This document shows, one piece after another, positions 63,549 through 64,000 of a stretch of 64,000 bases of DNA; position 1 is the first letter of the stretch, and each line of letters begins with the position of its first letter. The DNA is from Hamiltosporidium tvaerminnensis FI-OER-3-3 (Eukaryota > Fungi > Microsporidia). Below the pieces are notes generated by a model that made no database searches, was not told the origin of the DNA, and saw nothing but the letters and a program-made list of their open reading frames with translations. The translations under genes and the position numbers were made by a program. The stretch covers positions 62,001 through 126,000 of the forward strand of contig CM061246.1 in NCBI GenBank assembly GCA_022605425.2, in the 5' to 3' direction.

Positions 63549-64000
63549 ATGAAAATTTCAAAGAAAATGTTAACAAAATCCGAAAAAATAATTTTTAAAA
63601 AAATAAGAAAATTTGTTACAAATACCGGAATAAATGTTATACCGCGAGTTGCTGGTGGATGGGTTAGAGACAAACTGTTTGGTAACAATAGTAACGATAT
63701 CGATATAGCTGTGGATACAATGTCTGGTTATGAATTTGCTACAAAATTAAAGGATTATTATTCCGAAGATCTTTTTTTTCTAGAATTGGCAAAATTAAAG
63801 AAAATCCCGAACAATCTAAGCATTTAGAAACTGCGGTAATGAAAATAAATTGTATTTTTGTCGATTTTGTTTGCCTAAGATCAGAGCTATACATGGATTC
63901 AAGAATTCCTCAAATAAAAATAGGAACACCTAAAGATGATGCATTAAGAAGAGATTTGACAATAAATTCTTTATTTTATAATTTAATGACTCAGGAAATA
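63549..64000 (+). CDS. CCA1: CCA tRNA nucleotidyltransferase, 5' part; apparent frameshift at the T8 run 63772-63779; runs off the window
   Basis: RVAGGWVRDKL..DIDIA, then in the shifted frame NPEQSKHLETA..DFVCLRSE..SRIP..GTPKDDALRRDLTINSLFYN. Confidence 0.9.

Overview
AT-rich eukaryotic DNA, most likely from a large-genome microsporidian. This is inferred from the short intronless divergent housekeeping genes, CCC/GGG motifs just before most ATGs, and abundant retroelements; the species cannot be confirmed from sequence alone. About 14 host genes (GPN2, Rab11, Rab1, a chromodomain protein, Swi5, an Atg15-like lipase, RPS11, UBC7-type E2, TRM5, a RING-H2 E3, SLD5, RPD3, CCA1, two hypotheticals) lie among retroelement DNA. 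Three mobile systems are visible. (1) A head-to-tail array of APE-type LINEs at 1-7.7 kb, each unit ending in a GGGGTGTTA-rich tract and a conserved promoter-like block with heat-shock-element-like motifs. (2) R4/Dong-like RLE LINEs: two full-length copies with TSDs and almost no 5' UTR, plus fragments. (3) A ~730-nt non-coding retroposed element with 13-15 bp TSDs, a fixed 5' end, a 3' terminus resembling that of the RLE LINE, and a predicted pseudoknotted 3' domain; it has three full copies, one truncated copy and three relics. The element in (3), paired with the LINE in (2), is the best candidate for an undescribed system. All alignments and folds were done by eye.
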